Both the position numbers and the translations under genes were made by a program. Below are positions 8,339 through 18,418 of a DNA stretch of 64,000 bases, in pieces. Positions within the stretch are counted from its first letter, which is position 1, and the number at the start of each line of letters is the position of its first letter. The notes below the pieces were generated by a model. The model did no database searches and had not been told where the DNA came from. It was given only the letters and a program-made list of their open reading frames with translations. Source of the DNA: an uncultured Acidobacteriota bacterium (GTDB taxonomy: Bacteria; Acidobacteriota; UBA6911; RPQK01); NCBI GenBank assembly GCA_963744645.1, contig CAVUUN010000010.1, positions 122,150-186,149 on the forward strand, read 5' to 3'.

Positions 8339-11149
8339 ATGGACCAAAGAAGAGCGCCAGAGGTGAACTGGACCGTCCGGTATCGCTTCGCCCTGCTCCT
8401 GCTGCTTGCCGCCGCCACGGTGGTGTACAGGGGTCAGGATCTCGAGCGTGTTTTCCTGAGCAAATCGGGACCCCGGGCACCCGGTTTCGGGTCGGTCATT
8501 CAGAACGGCGCAATGACCGTTACGTTCGTTGCCAGCCAAGAGATCTCCGGGGAACCGAGCCCGGTCTTCAAGGCAGGTCTGCAGGTCGGAGACCGTCTGA
8601 TCGCCATCCGCAATGCCAGGGGCGAAGGCCGCACGATCAGGGGGATGTTCGATTTCGGAGCGGCGATCCGGGACCTCGGCCCCAGGGAACCATGGCAGAT
8701 GCTCGTTTTTCGCCCCTTACCCGCGGGAGGCGGCCGTTTCGTCAATCTGCAGGTTCCGGGGCGCGAGGGGGATCTCGACCGCGACCTGCGATTCCGGGTT
8801 CTGGTCCTGATGTTCTCCGTCCTGCTTCCCTTGGCCGCGATCCTCACCTCGTTTTTCATCGGCTTCATGCGATTGGACAATGCCAACGCATTTGTAGCCA
8901 GCCTCCTCTTTCTCGGTTTTTCGACCATATTCCAGACCAATATGTTTGGTTTTCGGCCTGGTCTACGCGAGTTTTCGCTCCTCTATCACACGACTTTGAA
9001 TGTCTTTCTCACTTACCTTTTCTTCCGGTTCTTCCTCTACTTCCCCTCGCCATCCTGGATTGCCCGGAAGCTCCCCTGGCTAAACAACGCGGCGCTTGTC
9101 GCGACGATTCTCTTGTGGGCGACGGCTATTACCACCAGTTTTGCGGGGGCCTACGACTTCGTGTATTTCGAAAGGGTCAGCCGCCTGATCCCGGGTGTGG
9201 ACATCATTTCCAGCCTGCTTCTGATCTCGATGTTTGTGCTCGGTCTGGCCTCCCTGGTCCTGAATACTGCAGGCGCCGAGAGCAAAGATGAACGACGCAG
9301 GATGACCCTGCTTCTGATCGGGACACTGGCGGGGCTGCTTCCGCTCGCCTTTTTCATCGCCTACCTGTCGATTGCCTCGCCGTCGATTCCGCCGTGGTGG
9401 CTCTTTGGGCTGGTCGGCGCCACGCTCGGGCTTTTCCCGATTTCCTTCTTTTACGTCGTGGTCCGTCACCGCGTCCTCGGCATACGACTCATCGTCCGTC
9501 GGGGTCTTCAGTACGCGCTGGTTTCACGGGCAGTCCTGGCCGTCGAGGGAGTGCTCATCTTTGCCCTCTTCTATTACGGCGCCGGTCCGATCCTTGTTCG
9601 GCTGCTCCCCCGCGCCGGGCCGATGACGGTAGCGCTCATCGATGCGGTGACGACGGTTGTCGCCTTGCTCTTGATGCGTGGGCTCAACCGCCGCGTGATG
9701 CCGATTGTCGACCGTCGCTTTTTCCGGGATCCGTATGATGCTCAGAGCATTCTCGCTGAGCTCACACGCACAATCCGTCGCCTCGTCACGCACCCCGAGA
9801 AGCTGTTGGATACTGTCTCCCAGACCACGATGGCGGCTCTTCATCCGCGGAGCACGGCCATCTTCCTTCGCGGAGGAGACGTGCTGGCCGCTCTGCCCAA
9901 GAGTCACTACCCTTCCTCGGTTCACGGCCTGGCCCGTTTCAATCCGCGTGAAAGTCGCAGTTTTCAGCTCTATCAGAGCAGCTCCCAAGGCGAACCGGCC
10001 GGAACCGACCGTGTTGCGGTCATTCCGGCTCCGCAGGACTGCACGCTTCCTGCCGAATCGTTTATCGGTCGGGAACTACGAAAATCGGTCGGGCAGGAGC
10101 CCGAGACCCTGGATGTCTACCTGGACGATCTTAAGGCATGGAGCGCCCCGCTATCCCTGGTCTCACCGAGGGAGGCCGCTCTTTACCAGGAAAGGCAGTT
10201 GCTCGATCACCTGGGGACCCGGCTGCTCGTGCCCATTGCGACTCACGATCAGCTGCTTGGGTTTATCAGTCTCGGGGAAAAACTATCCGAGGAGCCCTAC
10301 TCACGTGAGGACAAGGGGCTGCTCCTGGCGATTGCCGAACAAACTGCGATTGCGCTCGACTATTCACACCTGGTCGGGCAGGTGGCCGAGCAGGAGATTC
10401 TCAGGCGTGACATCGAGATCGCAAAGCAGGTGCAGGCGCAGTTGTTCCCGCAGGCCCGGCCGATTTTCTCGACCCTCGATTACAGTGCCATCTGCAAGCC
10501 CGCGCGTGAAGTCGGCGGGGACTACTATGATTTCCTCCAGCTTTCCGACTCCCAGCTCTGCCTGGCGGTCGGGGATATATCCGGAAAGGGACTGTCGGCA
10601 TCGCTTTTAATGGCAAGTCTGCAGGCGCTGATGCGCAGTCAGGCTCCCCTGCGAGGCCAGAGTCCGGCACTACTTCTGTCCGACATCAACCGGCTTATGT
10701 GCTCCTCGACCGACGGCAGCAAGTACGCCACGTTTTTTTGCGGGATGTACGAGGAACGGACTCACCGGTTTACGTATGTGAACGCCGGGCACAACCTTCC
10801 GATCCTTCTGAGGGACACCGGCGGGGGCAATGGCGCGCAGCGCAAGATCAACAGGCTCTTTACCGGCGGTACCGTCGTTGGGCTCTTCCCGGACGCTTTT
10901 TATGAGCAGGAGACCATCGAGCTTCAAGCTGGCGACGTCCTGGTGATCTACACCGACGGCGCCACCGAAGCGTTCAACATCGAGATGGAGGAGTTCGGGG
11001 AAGAGCGCCTGATCGACGCGGTCAAGAGTGCCGTCTGTCTTTCCTCCGAAGCAATCTGCGGGGCGGTCCTCGACGAGGTGGAAAAATTCGTCGCTCCGGC
11101 GCCCCGTCATGACGATCTCACCCTGCTGGTGGTCAAGGTCGTGGCGTAA
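8339..11149 (+). CDS. Multidomain membrane PP2C-family (SpoIIE/RsbU-like) serine phosphatase: PDZ-like domain, polytopic membrane domain, GAF-like domain and PP2C domain
   Basis: 936 aa. GLQVGDRLIAI is PDZ-like. There are about 8 TM helices between 8800 and 9700. The C-terminus carries VGGDYYDF, VGDISGKGLSASLLM and YTDGATEA PP2C metal-binding motifs. Confidence 0.85.
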   Translation: MDQRRAPEVNWTVRYRFALLLLLAAATVVYRGQDLERVFLSKSGPRAPGFGSVIQNGAMTVTFVASQEISGEPSPVFKAGLQVGDRLIAIRNARGEGRTIRGMFDFGAAIRDLGPREPWQMLVFRPLPAGGGRFVNLQVPGREGDLDRDLRFRVLVLMFSVLLPLAAILTSFFIGFMRLDNANAFVASLLFLGFSTIFQTNMFGFRPGLREFSLLYHTTLNVFLTYLFFRFFLYFPSPSWIARKLPWLNNAALVATILLWATAITTSFAGAYDFVYFERVSRLIPGVDIISSLLLISMFVLGLASLVLNTAGAESKDERRRMTLLLIGTLAGLLPLAFFIAYLSIASPSIPPWWLFGLVGATLGLFPISFFYVVVRHRVLGIRLIVRRGLQYALVSRAVLAVEGVLIFALFYYGAGPILVRLLPRAGPMTVALIDAVTTVVALLLMRGLNRRVMPIVDRRFFRDPYDAQSILAELTRTIRRLVTHPEKLLDTVSQTTMAALHPRSTAIFLRGGDVLAALPKSHYPSSVHGLARFNPRESRSFQLYQSSSQGEPAGTDRVAVIPAPQDCTLPAESFIGRELRKSVGQEPETLDVYLDDLKAWSAPLSLVSPREAALYQERQLLDHLGTRLLVPIATHDQLLGFISLGEKLSEEPYSREDKGLLLAIAEQTAIALDYSHLVGQVAEQEILRRDIEIAKQVQAQLFPQARPIFSTLDYSAICKPAREVGGDYYDFLQLSDSQLCLAVGDISGKGLSASLLMASLQALMRSQAPLRGQSPALLLSDINRLMCSSTDGSKYATFFCGMYEERTHRFTYVNAGHNLPILLRDTGGGNGAQRKINRLFTGGTVVGLFPDAFYEQETIELQAGDVLVIYTDGATEAFNIEMEEFGEERLIDAVKSAVCLSSEAICGAVLDEVEKFVAPAPRHDDLTLLVVKVVA

Positions 11150-11215
11150 CAGGCATTCGGTTCGCCCTGGTCCGCCCCAATTGCCAACGACCCAATTGCC
11201 CCCCGGCGCGTGCGT

Positions 11216-12133
11216 CTATCTGCCGGTCAATACCGGCCCCGCCAGCACACGGAGCTTATAGCGAGAGGTCTGGAGCAGGTTGCCGTCTGCATCGATACAG
11301 CTGACTGCCTCTATTCCAGCCGGGAGAGCGAACGACCGCTTTTCCCCGGTTCGAGTGACGACATGCAGACGGGGCCGGCTAAGCTGCCGAATGTGCACGC
11401 CGGGATTTGCTGAAGGATGAAGAACAGCTTCAGCAGTGGCGATCAGTAGTTCGCCCTTCGAGAATCCGAGTGCGGTTACTGTTTCGTCAAACGACATTGT
11501 CTGCAGCAACTCGCCTTTCGCCCCAAACCAATGGACCTTGTTTTCATCGGGCCGCAACACCGCGGTCTCATTCAGTTGCCCGCCTGCAATTAGCGCCCCT
11601 TGTGATCTGTCGCCCATGACAGCGACCATCGTTTGGAAGACCAGGTTGCCTTGCACGTCATATTTCCTGACATAGGGGAACGGTTGCTGAGGCTTTCTTT
11701 CAGGAACGCTGAAAAACAGCAGGTTCCCTTCATGGTCTACGGTAAACGCCTCCGGGAAACAGTCCCGGCTTTCCGGTTGGGGAACGATCTTTCGTACCAA
11801 CTGGCCGGTTGAACCGTAAACGGCCACCACGGGCCCTTTCGCGCCGGCGTACAAGACGTACCGGGTGTCATCGGGGCCGAAGGCGACCGCAGAAGCGCGC
11901 GATTCTGGTGTTGAATATTGGCTGAAAGCAAAACCCTTCCGGATCTCAACTGCTTCTCCGGTTCCGTGGTCAACGAGCATCGCTGTGCCATCGGCCCTTC
12001 CCACTACCTGAAACATCGGACCGTCAAAAGACATTACAGAGAAATCCTCGATCCTTTCCAACTGGAGGAGAGGCAACTCCGCCTGGGCGGAGGCCGAGAC
12101 GAGACAAGACACGATGATGATGATTTTCAGCAT
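11216..12133 (-). CDS. Secreted hypothetical protein, probable beta-propeller
   Basis: The preferred start is the MLKIIIIVSCLVSASAQA signal peptide, preceded by a GAGGAGG Shine-Dalgarno. The ORF track gives an alternative start at 12175. The protein has repeated hydrophobic/Gly/Asp beta-strand-like blocks. It overlaps the upstream small Cys-rich gene by about 11 nt, which suggests operon coupling. Confidence 0.55.
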   Translation of the reverse strand: MLKIIIIVSCLVSASAQAELPLLQLERIEDFSVMSFDGPMFQVVGRADGTAMLVDHGTGEAVEIRKGFAFSQYSTPESRASAVAFGPDDTRYVLYAGAKGPVVAVYGSTGQLVRKIVPQPESRDCFPEAFTVDHEGNLLFFSVPERKPQQPFPYVRKYDVQGNLVFQTMVAVMGDRSQGALIAGGQLNETAVLRPDENKVHWFGAKGELLQTMSFDETVTALGFSKGELLIATAEAVLHPSANPGVHIRQLSRPRLHVVTRTGEKRSFALPAGIEAVSCIDADGNLLQTSRYKLRVLAGPVLTGR

Positions 12134-12143
12134 AGAGCCTCCT

Positions 12144-12419
12144 CTATAGGCAGCAAACACACTCCCGGTTTTCAAAAATCATATAGTGCATAAACCCGCC
12201 ACAGTGGCAAGGCTCTATGTGGGGGTTACCCGTACAGTACAGGCAACAACTACCCGATGAACATCTTCCCCGCTCTACCCATATGGTGTAGTAGCAACCC
12301 CCGCACTGCCCGGAATAGCTGGCACCGGATGCGCCTGCCCCGCATACCGGTTGGGCCTGTATTGTGGAAGTGAGAAGCAACAGACAGAAAATCAATACGA
12401 AGGCGTGAAGTAATCTCAT
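12144..12419 (-). CDS. Small secreted cysteine-rich peptide (91 aa, 14 Cys in the ~68-aa mature region)
   Basis: Signal peptide MRLLHAFVLIFCLLLLTSTIQA. The mature part is QPVCGAGASGASYSGQCGGCYY...CCLYCTGNPHIEPCHCGG...ECVCCL. A strong SD sits upstream (atgaggaggaccggtcATG on the coding strand), and the upstream 270 bp has lower GC. Confidence 0.55.
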   Translation of the reverse strand: MRLLHAFVLIFCLLLLTSTIQAQPVCGAGASGASYSGQCGGCYYTIWVERGRCSSGSCCLYCTGNPHIEPCHCGGFMHYMIFENRECVCCL

Positions 12420-12692
12420 GACCGGTCCTCCTCATAGCGAAATATATGCTTGAGTGTACGCCCCCCCCCGCGAGAAAGCAACAACAAGACCCGGCTGAGT
12501 CTTTCCTTGGTCGATGCTTGTAAAGCCTGTCTGGTGCCCTATTTCCGACATCGCCCCTAAGCAGTATTATCCTATCTTTTGGTTCAGCATATCCGCTCAC
12601 AGTTATATACGTTGGATTTACTTAACAGATCTAACTGCATCGGAACGGCATTAAGGTCCGACCCAATGCGGTTAAGTTACAAGTACGCTGCG

Positions 12693-13100
12693 GTGCGGGA
12701 TGTACGAGGAACGGACTCACCGGTTTACGTATGTGAACGCCGGGCACAACCTTCCGATCCTTCTGAGGGACACCGGCGGGGGCAATGGCGCGCAGCGCAA
12801 GGTCAACAGACTGTTTACCGGCGGTACCGTCGTTGGACTCTTCCCGGACGCTTTTTATGAGCAGGAGACCATCGAGCTTCAGGCTGGCGACGTCCTGGTG
12901 ATCTACACCGACGGCGCCACCGAAGCGACATTGAGATGGAGGAGTTCGGGGAAGAGCGCCTGATCGACGCGGTCAAGAGTGCCGTCTGTCTTTCCTCCGA
13001 AGCAATCTGCGGGGCGGTCCTCGACGAGGTGGAAAAATTCGTCGGTCCGGCGCCCCGTCATGACGATCTCACCCTGCTGGTGGTCAAGGTCGTGGCGTAA
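12693..13100 (+). pseudogene. Duplicated 3' fragment of the PP2C phosphatase gene (copy of 10742-11151), with an internal small deletion and frameshift
   Basis: The DNA is near-identical to the last ~410 bp of the 8339..11149 gene (MYEERTHRFTYVNAGHNLPILLRDTGGGNGAQRK...). ttcaacatcgagatggag is changed to acattgagatggag. There are a few substitutions, and the terminal ...LTLLVVKVVA-stop is conserved. Confidence 0.8.
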
Positions 13101-13239
13101 CACGTACCCCGGGCTCCCTCGTCCCTTGGCCTTTCAGGCCTTAATACTGAGATTTTCTGATCTTTGCAATTGGCTCTAGACTTAAGCATTTTCGCTGCAA
13201 CAATAATCTCGGTCCGACCAGGTCCGACCCAATTGCCAA

Positions 13240-13460
13240 CGGGCGTTGGGCCTTTTACCCCGAAGGGGTTGCGTAACAAAGCCCAGGGTTGCCCGCGTTT
13301 TGGCGGGCTACCCTGGGTCGGCAAGCCGTAAGTTGTCTACCCTGAAAGGGTTACGTATCACGCTTGGTCCGCAACCCTTTCAGGGTTGGGGCTGCGAACC
13401 TCGGGAACCCACCCCCGCACAAAACGCGGGCAACCCTGGTCTTTGTTACGAGACCCCGTT
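13240..13460. repeat. MITE-like nested inverted repeat (~45-bp terminal arms enclosing an inner hairpin)
   Basis: ccgaaggggttgcgtaacaaagcccagggttgcccgcgttttg (13240-) pairs with caaaacgcgggcaaccctggtctttgttacgagaccccgttggggtc (-13460). An inner palindrome is accctgaaagggtt...aaccctttcagggtt. Confidence 0.6.
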
Positions 13461-13486
13461 GGGGTCTGAAACGCTTTTTCGACACC

Positions 13487-13600
13487 CTCGACAGCGAGCG
13501 CCAGCGAGCGAGTGAGCGGACCAACCAACATGCCCTTTAGGCTGGCTCTTGCTACTCGCGACTGCCCCCTGGGGCTGGGTGGCTGGTCCGCTTACTCGCT
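13487..13600. repeat. Long imperfect hairpin (~31-bp arms)
   Basis: cagcgagcgccagcgagcgagtgagcggacc pairs with ggtccgcttactcgctcgcttgcgctcgctg, with a ~55-nt loop. Confidence 0.55.
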
Positions 13601-13879
13601 CGCTTGCGCTCGCTGCCATGCGCGGCTCCTTACGGTGATTGCTCGCCGCTCGTTCTCGCTGAAACCCATGCGGCTGTGCAAATGCTCCTCCCCGGCACAC
13701 GGTGCTGCCCGGAAGGGGGCAAAAGAATGAAGGCGGCCGTTTTCCGCGAGGTTCTCGTCTGCCCGCTGTTACGCCAAACTCCTCAAAACGTAATAACAAC
13801 CGTGTAGTAGAATGATCGCTCATTTGAGACAGGTGTTTTCTCGTCTCGAATACGGCGAGGTTCATTCAGAGGAGCAATC

Positions 13880-15157
13880 ATGGAAGCATTTCTTGGGCTG
13901 ACCGTGACTCAGCGCGTGGCGCTTTGTCTCACGGCCATTTTGTCGCTTGCTTTTGTCGCGTCCTGCTCGAAGGAGGAGCCAGCCGGCGCCCGCAGACCGG
14001 GAGCCCGCGGAGGCGCGGTCATGGTTCAGATCGCAACTCCCACGCGAGTGCCATTCGAGCGTGAGGTCGATCTGGCGGGAACCCTAGTCTCGATCGACCA
14101 GGCGCGGGTGAGCAGCGAGGTGGCCGGCATGGTCCGTGAAGTGCTCGTCAACCTGGGGCAGGAAGTTACGGCCGGGCAGGTTCTTGTGAGACTCGATCCC
14201 AGGGAGTTGGAAATCGCCGTGGCGCGCGCCGAGAGCCAGTTGCGCCAGACCGAGGCGCAACTCGGTATTGACGGGGTGAAGATCACCCAACCACCCGCCG
14301 ATGAAGAGATCGCAGCTGTCCGAACGGCTGCCGCCAACCGCGATGACGCCCGGGCCCAGCTTTCGCGCGCCAGCCGGCTGCGCGGACGCAACCTGCTGTC
14401 GCAGGCCGATCTGGACACCGCAGAGACGCGGGTCAAGGTGACTGAGGCGGGTTACCAGGCAGCGCTGGAAAATGTCCATTCGATCAAGGCCAGCCTTCAG
14501 GACAGACGGGCCGCCTATGAGCTCGCACAGAAGAAGCTCAGCGACGCCGTGATCCGAGCGCCGGTGTCCGGTTCGGTCAGCGAACGGCTGATCCAGCCGG
14601 GTGAGTTTATCCGTGAGAATACCCCGGTCGTAGGCCTCGTCCAGTTGAACCCTTTGAAAGTGATGACCGGAATCCAGGAGCGGCACGCGGGTTTGATCCG
14701 GCCGGGACTCGCCGTGGAGTTTCAGGTCGAATCCTTCCCGACCGAGACCTTCCTTGGGAAAGTGGCGCACGTCAGTCCTTCCGTGGATCAGGGGACGCGA
14801 ACCTTTGTGGTCGAGATCCTCGTCGACAATCGCGATCGCCGGCTCAAGCCCGGTTTCTTCGCGAAGGGGATAATCTCGGTCGGCCGGGACGACGTGCTCG
14901 CAATCCCCGATCAGGCCGTCTCCGTCCTCGCCGGTGTATCGGCGGTTTTTGTTATTGAAGGGAACAAGGTGCGACAGCAAGTGGTGAGTCTGGGCGCCCG
15001 CCAGGGGAAATTCATGGAAGTCCTGAACGGCTTGAAGGGGGACGAGAAACTCGCGATCACCAATCTGAGCCAGCTGGCCACCGGAGTGGAGGTCAAAGTT
15101 TCGTCTGGTGACAATCAGGCCCGGGCCAGGGGCGGGGCGGGGGAAGGTGGTCGATGA
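13880..15157 (+). CDS. RND efflux periplasmic adaptor (membrane fusion protein, HlyD/AcrA family), lipoprotein
   Basis: 425 aa. Lipobox LAFVASC. Coiled-coil and beta-barrel MFP architecture. The stop overlaps the start of the RND pump (ATGA). Confidence 0.85.
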   Translation: MEAFLGLTVTQRVALCLTAILSLAFVASCSKEEPAGARRPGARGGAVMVQIATPTRVPFEREVDLAGTLVSIDQARVSSEVAGMVREVLVNLGQEVTAGQVLVRLDPRELEIAVARAESQLRQTEAQLGIDGVKITQPPADEEIAAVRTAAANRDDARAQLSRASRLRGRNLLSQADLDTAETRVKVTEAGYQAALENVHSIKASLQDRRAAYELAQKKLSDAVIRAPVSGSVSERLIQPGEFIRENTPVVGLVQLNPLKVMTGIQERHAGLIRPGLAVEFQVESFPTETFLGKVAHVSPSVDQGTRTFVVEILVDNRDRRLKPGFFAKGIISVGRDDVLAIPDQAVSVLAGVSAVFVIEGNKVRQQVVSLGARQGKFMEVLNGLKGDEKLAITNLSQLATGVEVKVSSGDNQARARGGAGEGGR

Positions 15158-18100
15158 AACTAGCGGATGTCAGCATTAACAGACCGGTATTCGCCTTCAT
15201 GATGTCCATCGGGCTCGTGGTCCTCGGCCTCTTTTCCTACCGGGATCTTGGGCTGGACCTCATGCCCAAAACCGATTACCCGGTCGTTTTCGTCAGCACG
15301 ATTCTGCCAGGCGCCAGTGCCGAGGAAATTGAAACCCAGATCAGTAAGCCCATCGAAGAAGTGGTCAATACGATCAGCGGGATCGATGAACTCCGCTCGA
15401 TGTCCGACCAGGGGGCATCACGCGTCATCATTTCCTTCACGCTCGAGAAGGACATTAACGTCGCGGTCCAGGAGATCCGCGACAAGGTCGCCACGATCGT
15501 TGCACGGTTTCCGCGCGACACCCTCCCCTCCACGATCCAGAAAATCGATCCCGACGCGGCCCCGGTCCTCACTGTCGCCGTCTCCGGTGACCGGTCTCCC
15601 AAGGAAATCACGGAGATCGTGGACAAGCAGATCAAGCAATCGCTTGAGACGGTCAAGGACGTTGGAGATGTCAGTTTTATCGGCGATCGGCGCCGGGAGA
15701 TCCAGCTTCTGTTGAACGCGGATCGAATGAACGCCTACGGCCTCACCGTCGACCAGATACGTGCCGCAGTTCAGAAGCAGAACGTCGAGATCCCGGGTGG
15801 GACCTTTGTCGCCGGCCCTTCGGAAATCGCACTTCGAACCATGGGGCGGATTCAGAACGTCGACGACTTCAACCGGATCATCCTCGCCTATCGCTCGGGA
15901 TCGACGGTCACTTTCGGTGACGTCGGCCGCGTGCTCGACACCGTTGAAGAACCGAAAAGCCTTGCCCGGTTGGATGGCCGGTCGGCCGTCTCGCTGCTGA
16001 TCCGCAAACAGTCCGGAACGAACACTGTCAGCGTCGTGGACGCGATTCTCGCCAGGCTTGACAGGATCAAGCGGACCCTGCCTCCTGACATCCGCATTCA
16101 GACCATTCGCGATCAGTCCCGGTTTATTCGGAAGTCGTTCGAGGACATTCAGCATCACTTGATCCTCGGTGGGTTGCTGGCCAGCCTCGTCGTCTTCTTC
16201 TTCATCCGGAACATTCGCAGCACGATTATTGCCGCTGTCGCTATTCCAACGTCGATCATCGGAACCTTCACGATCATGAAAGCGTTCGGGTTCACCCTGA
16301 ACAACATGACGATGCTCGCGCTCTCACTCGCCACAGGCATCGTTATCGACGATGCCATCGTGGTTCTCGAGAACATCTTTCGGTATGTGGAGGAAAAGGG
16401 AGTCGCGCCGAAGAAGGCCGCCGCTCTCGCGACCAACGAAATCGGCCTGGCGGTCATGGCCACCACACTCTCGCTGGTCGTCATCTTCCTTCCCGTCGCC
16501 TTCATGACGGGGCAAGTGGGGCGGTACTTCTACAGTTTCGGAATCGCGTCTGCGGCCGCCATCATGCTTTCGATGTTCGTCTCCTTCACGCTGACGCCCG
16601 CACTCTGCGCCACGTGGTTGAGACCGACAGATGCAGGCGGCGGTCACACCCAGTCGAAATCCAGGGGATTCTACGCCAAGATGGACACGGCTTATGGGCA
16701 CATGCTCCAGTGGAGCCTGCACCATCGCGCCATCATGCTGCTCGTTGCCGGCATCGTCACCCTCTCGGCTGTTCTCCTGTTCCCCAGGATCGGCAAGGAA
16801 CTGGTTCCGGATGACGATCAGAGCGAGTTCAACGTGGGCGCGCGAATGCCCAAGGGGACGAGTTTCGCGCGTACCGACGAGTTCATTCGGGAAATCGAGG
16901 CAGCCATCCGGAACTCCCGGAGGTGCAGACGGTTTTCACGAACATCAACGGCAACCGCGGGGACATCTATGTCGGCCTTACCTCGCACGAGGATCGCTCC
17001 ATCAGCCAACAGGAGATCATGCGCCGCGCCCGCCGGTTACTCAACCGTTACTCGGCTCACGCCCGCATCAGCGTCTCGGGAGGTACCGAGCTGTCCGGCG
17101 CATCGAGCTCCGGAGGCCGGGGTGGAGGCGGATCGACCAACCGACTCTACCTGTTGATCCAGGGACGCGAGATATCCCAGCTGCAGGTGTACATCACGCA
17201 GTTGATGGATAAGATGAAGACGGTCCCTGGGCTGGTTGACGTCGACACGAACTTCGAGGCCACTCAGCCCGAGCTGCGAGTCAATGTCGACCGCGCACGG
17301 GCGGTGGATCTCGGTGTAACCATCGATTCTCTAGCTTCCAGCCTCAGGTTGCTGGTCGGTGGCGAGGAGGTATCGAAGTACAAGGAAGGCGACGATCAGT
17401 ACGTGGTCCGGCTGCGCCTTGACGAGCCTTTCAGGAATAAGGCCGACGGGATGGGTCAGCTCCTGATCCCCTCGTCGACCCAGGGAACGGTCAGGGTCTG
17501 CGATATCGCCCGTCTGCGACTGGAGCCCGGGCCTGCCTCGATCGACCGATATAACCGCCAGCGTCAGGTTTCCCTGTTCGCCAACCTCGATAACCTGCCC
17601 CTCGGAGAGGCGATCAACAAAGCGGGTGCGAAGGTTGCGGAGCTCGACATGAAGCCGGGCTACCAGGCGGTGTTCGGCGCCGGTGCGAGGACCTTCAGCG
17701 AAGCCTCCAATGATTTCATGATCGCGATTATCCTGGCGATCGCCTTTATCTACATGGTGCTTGCTTCGCAGTTCAACAGCTTCATTCACCCGTTGAGCAT
17801 CATGACGGCGTTGCCGCTTAGTCTCCCGGCGGGCCTGTTGACCCTGCTGGTCTTCGATCGGACTCTCAACGTTTACAGCGCCATCGGTCTGATGATGCTT
17901 TTTGGTGTCGTCAAGAAGAACTCGATTCTCCAGGTGGACTACACGAATACGCTGCGCGCCCAGGGGATGGAACGGCACGAAGCCCTTATCCAGGCGAACC
18001 ACGTCCGGCTCAGGCCGATCCTGATGACGACAGTTGCGATCGTGGCGGGTATGGTCCCGATCGCGTTCGGTCGAGGCGCCGGGGCGGGGTCGCGCTCCTC

Positions 18101-18272
18101 GATGGCCTTGACGATTATCGGAGGTCAGATCCTCTGTCTGCTCTTGACCCTGCTGATCACTCCCGTCGTCTACAGCTACTTCGACGACCTCCGGGAATTC
18201 AAGTTCGCTCGGCTCTTCGGGCGGTTCCGTCGACCGCGGCTCACCGAAGGAAACGCCTCAGCCTCCGGTTGA
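15154..18272 (+). CDS. RND efflux permease (AcrB/HAE1 family), one 1-bp frame break near 16915
   Basis: Two ORFs, 15154..17157 and 16923..18272, are the N- and C-halves of a ~1,040-aa RND pump (12 TM helices, large periplasmic loops). The join ...EIEAAIRN(L)PEVQTVFTNINGNRGD is restored by one missing C at aacctcccg. Confidence 0.9.
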
Positions 18273-18289
18273 AGAACCGGTCAGCTAGG

Positions 18290-18408
18290 AAGAACTGCGC
18301 ACTGCGCGCTGCCCACTGCGCAGTGACAACTGACGACTGACGACCGGCCGAGTGGATGAGGTCGGTCGTCAGTAAGCAGTGCGAAGTGCGAAGTGCGCAG
18401 TGCGTAGT
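18290..18408. terminator. Bidirectional terminator-like hairpins inside a CTGCGCACTGC / GACTGACGAC simple-repeat tract between convergent genes
   Basis: gacgaccggccgagtggatgaggtcggtcgtc forms a hairpin with gacgaccg/cggtcgtc stems. It is flanked by actgcgcactgcgcgctgcccactgcgcagt and cagtgcgaagtgcgaagtgcgcagtgcg. It lies between the RND pump stop (18272) and the TolC-like stop (18419). Confidence 0.45.
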
Positions 18409-18418
18409 CTGTTTTGCC

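Noticed and set aside
8500-10610. Several 100-300-aa ORFs on both strands inside the 8339..11149 phosphatase gene (for example 9705..10610(+), 9524..9988(-))
   Set aside because: These are alternative-frame artefacts of a high-GC gene (Arg/Ser/Pro-rich). The main frame has coherent PDZ, TM, GAF and PP2C domains.
11150-13241. Interpreting the duplicated-3'-end cassette as an integrative element, integron cassette or CRISPR-like array
   Set aside because: No integrase, transposase, attC-like site or regularly spaced repeat-spacer structure is present. Only two long direct repeats plus a short junction motif are seen.
14084-14980. ORF 14084..14980(-) 298 aa, antisense to the RND adaptor
   Set aside because: Overlaps a confidently assigned MFP gene. 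The composition is Arg/Gly/Asp-rich noise.
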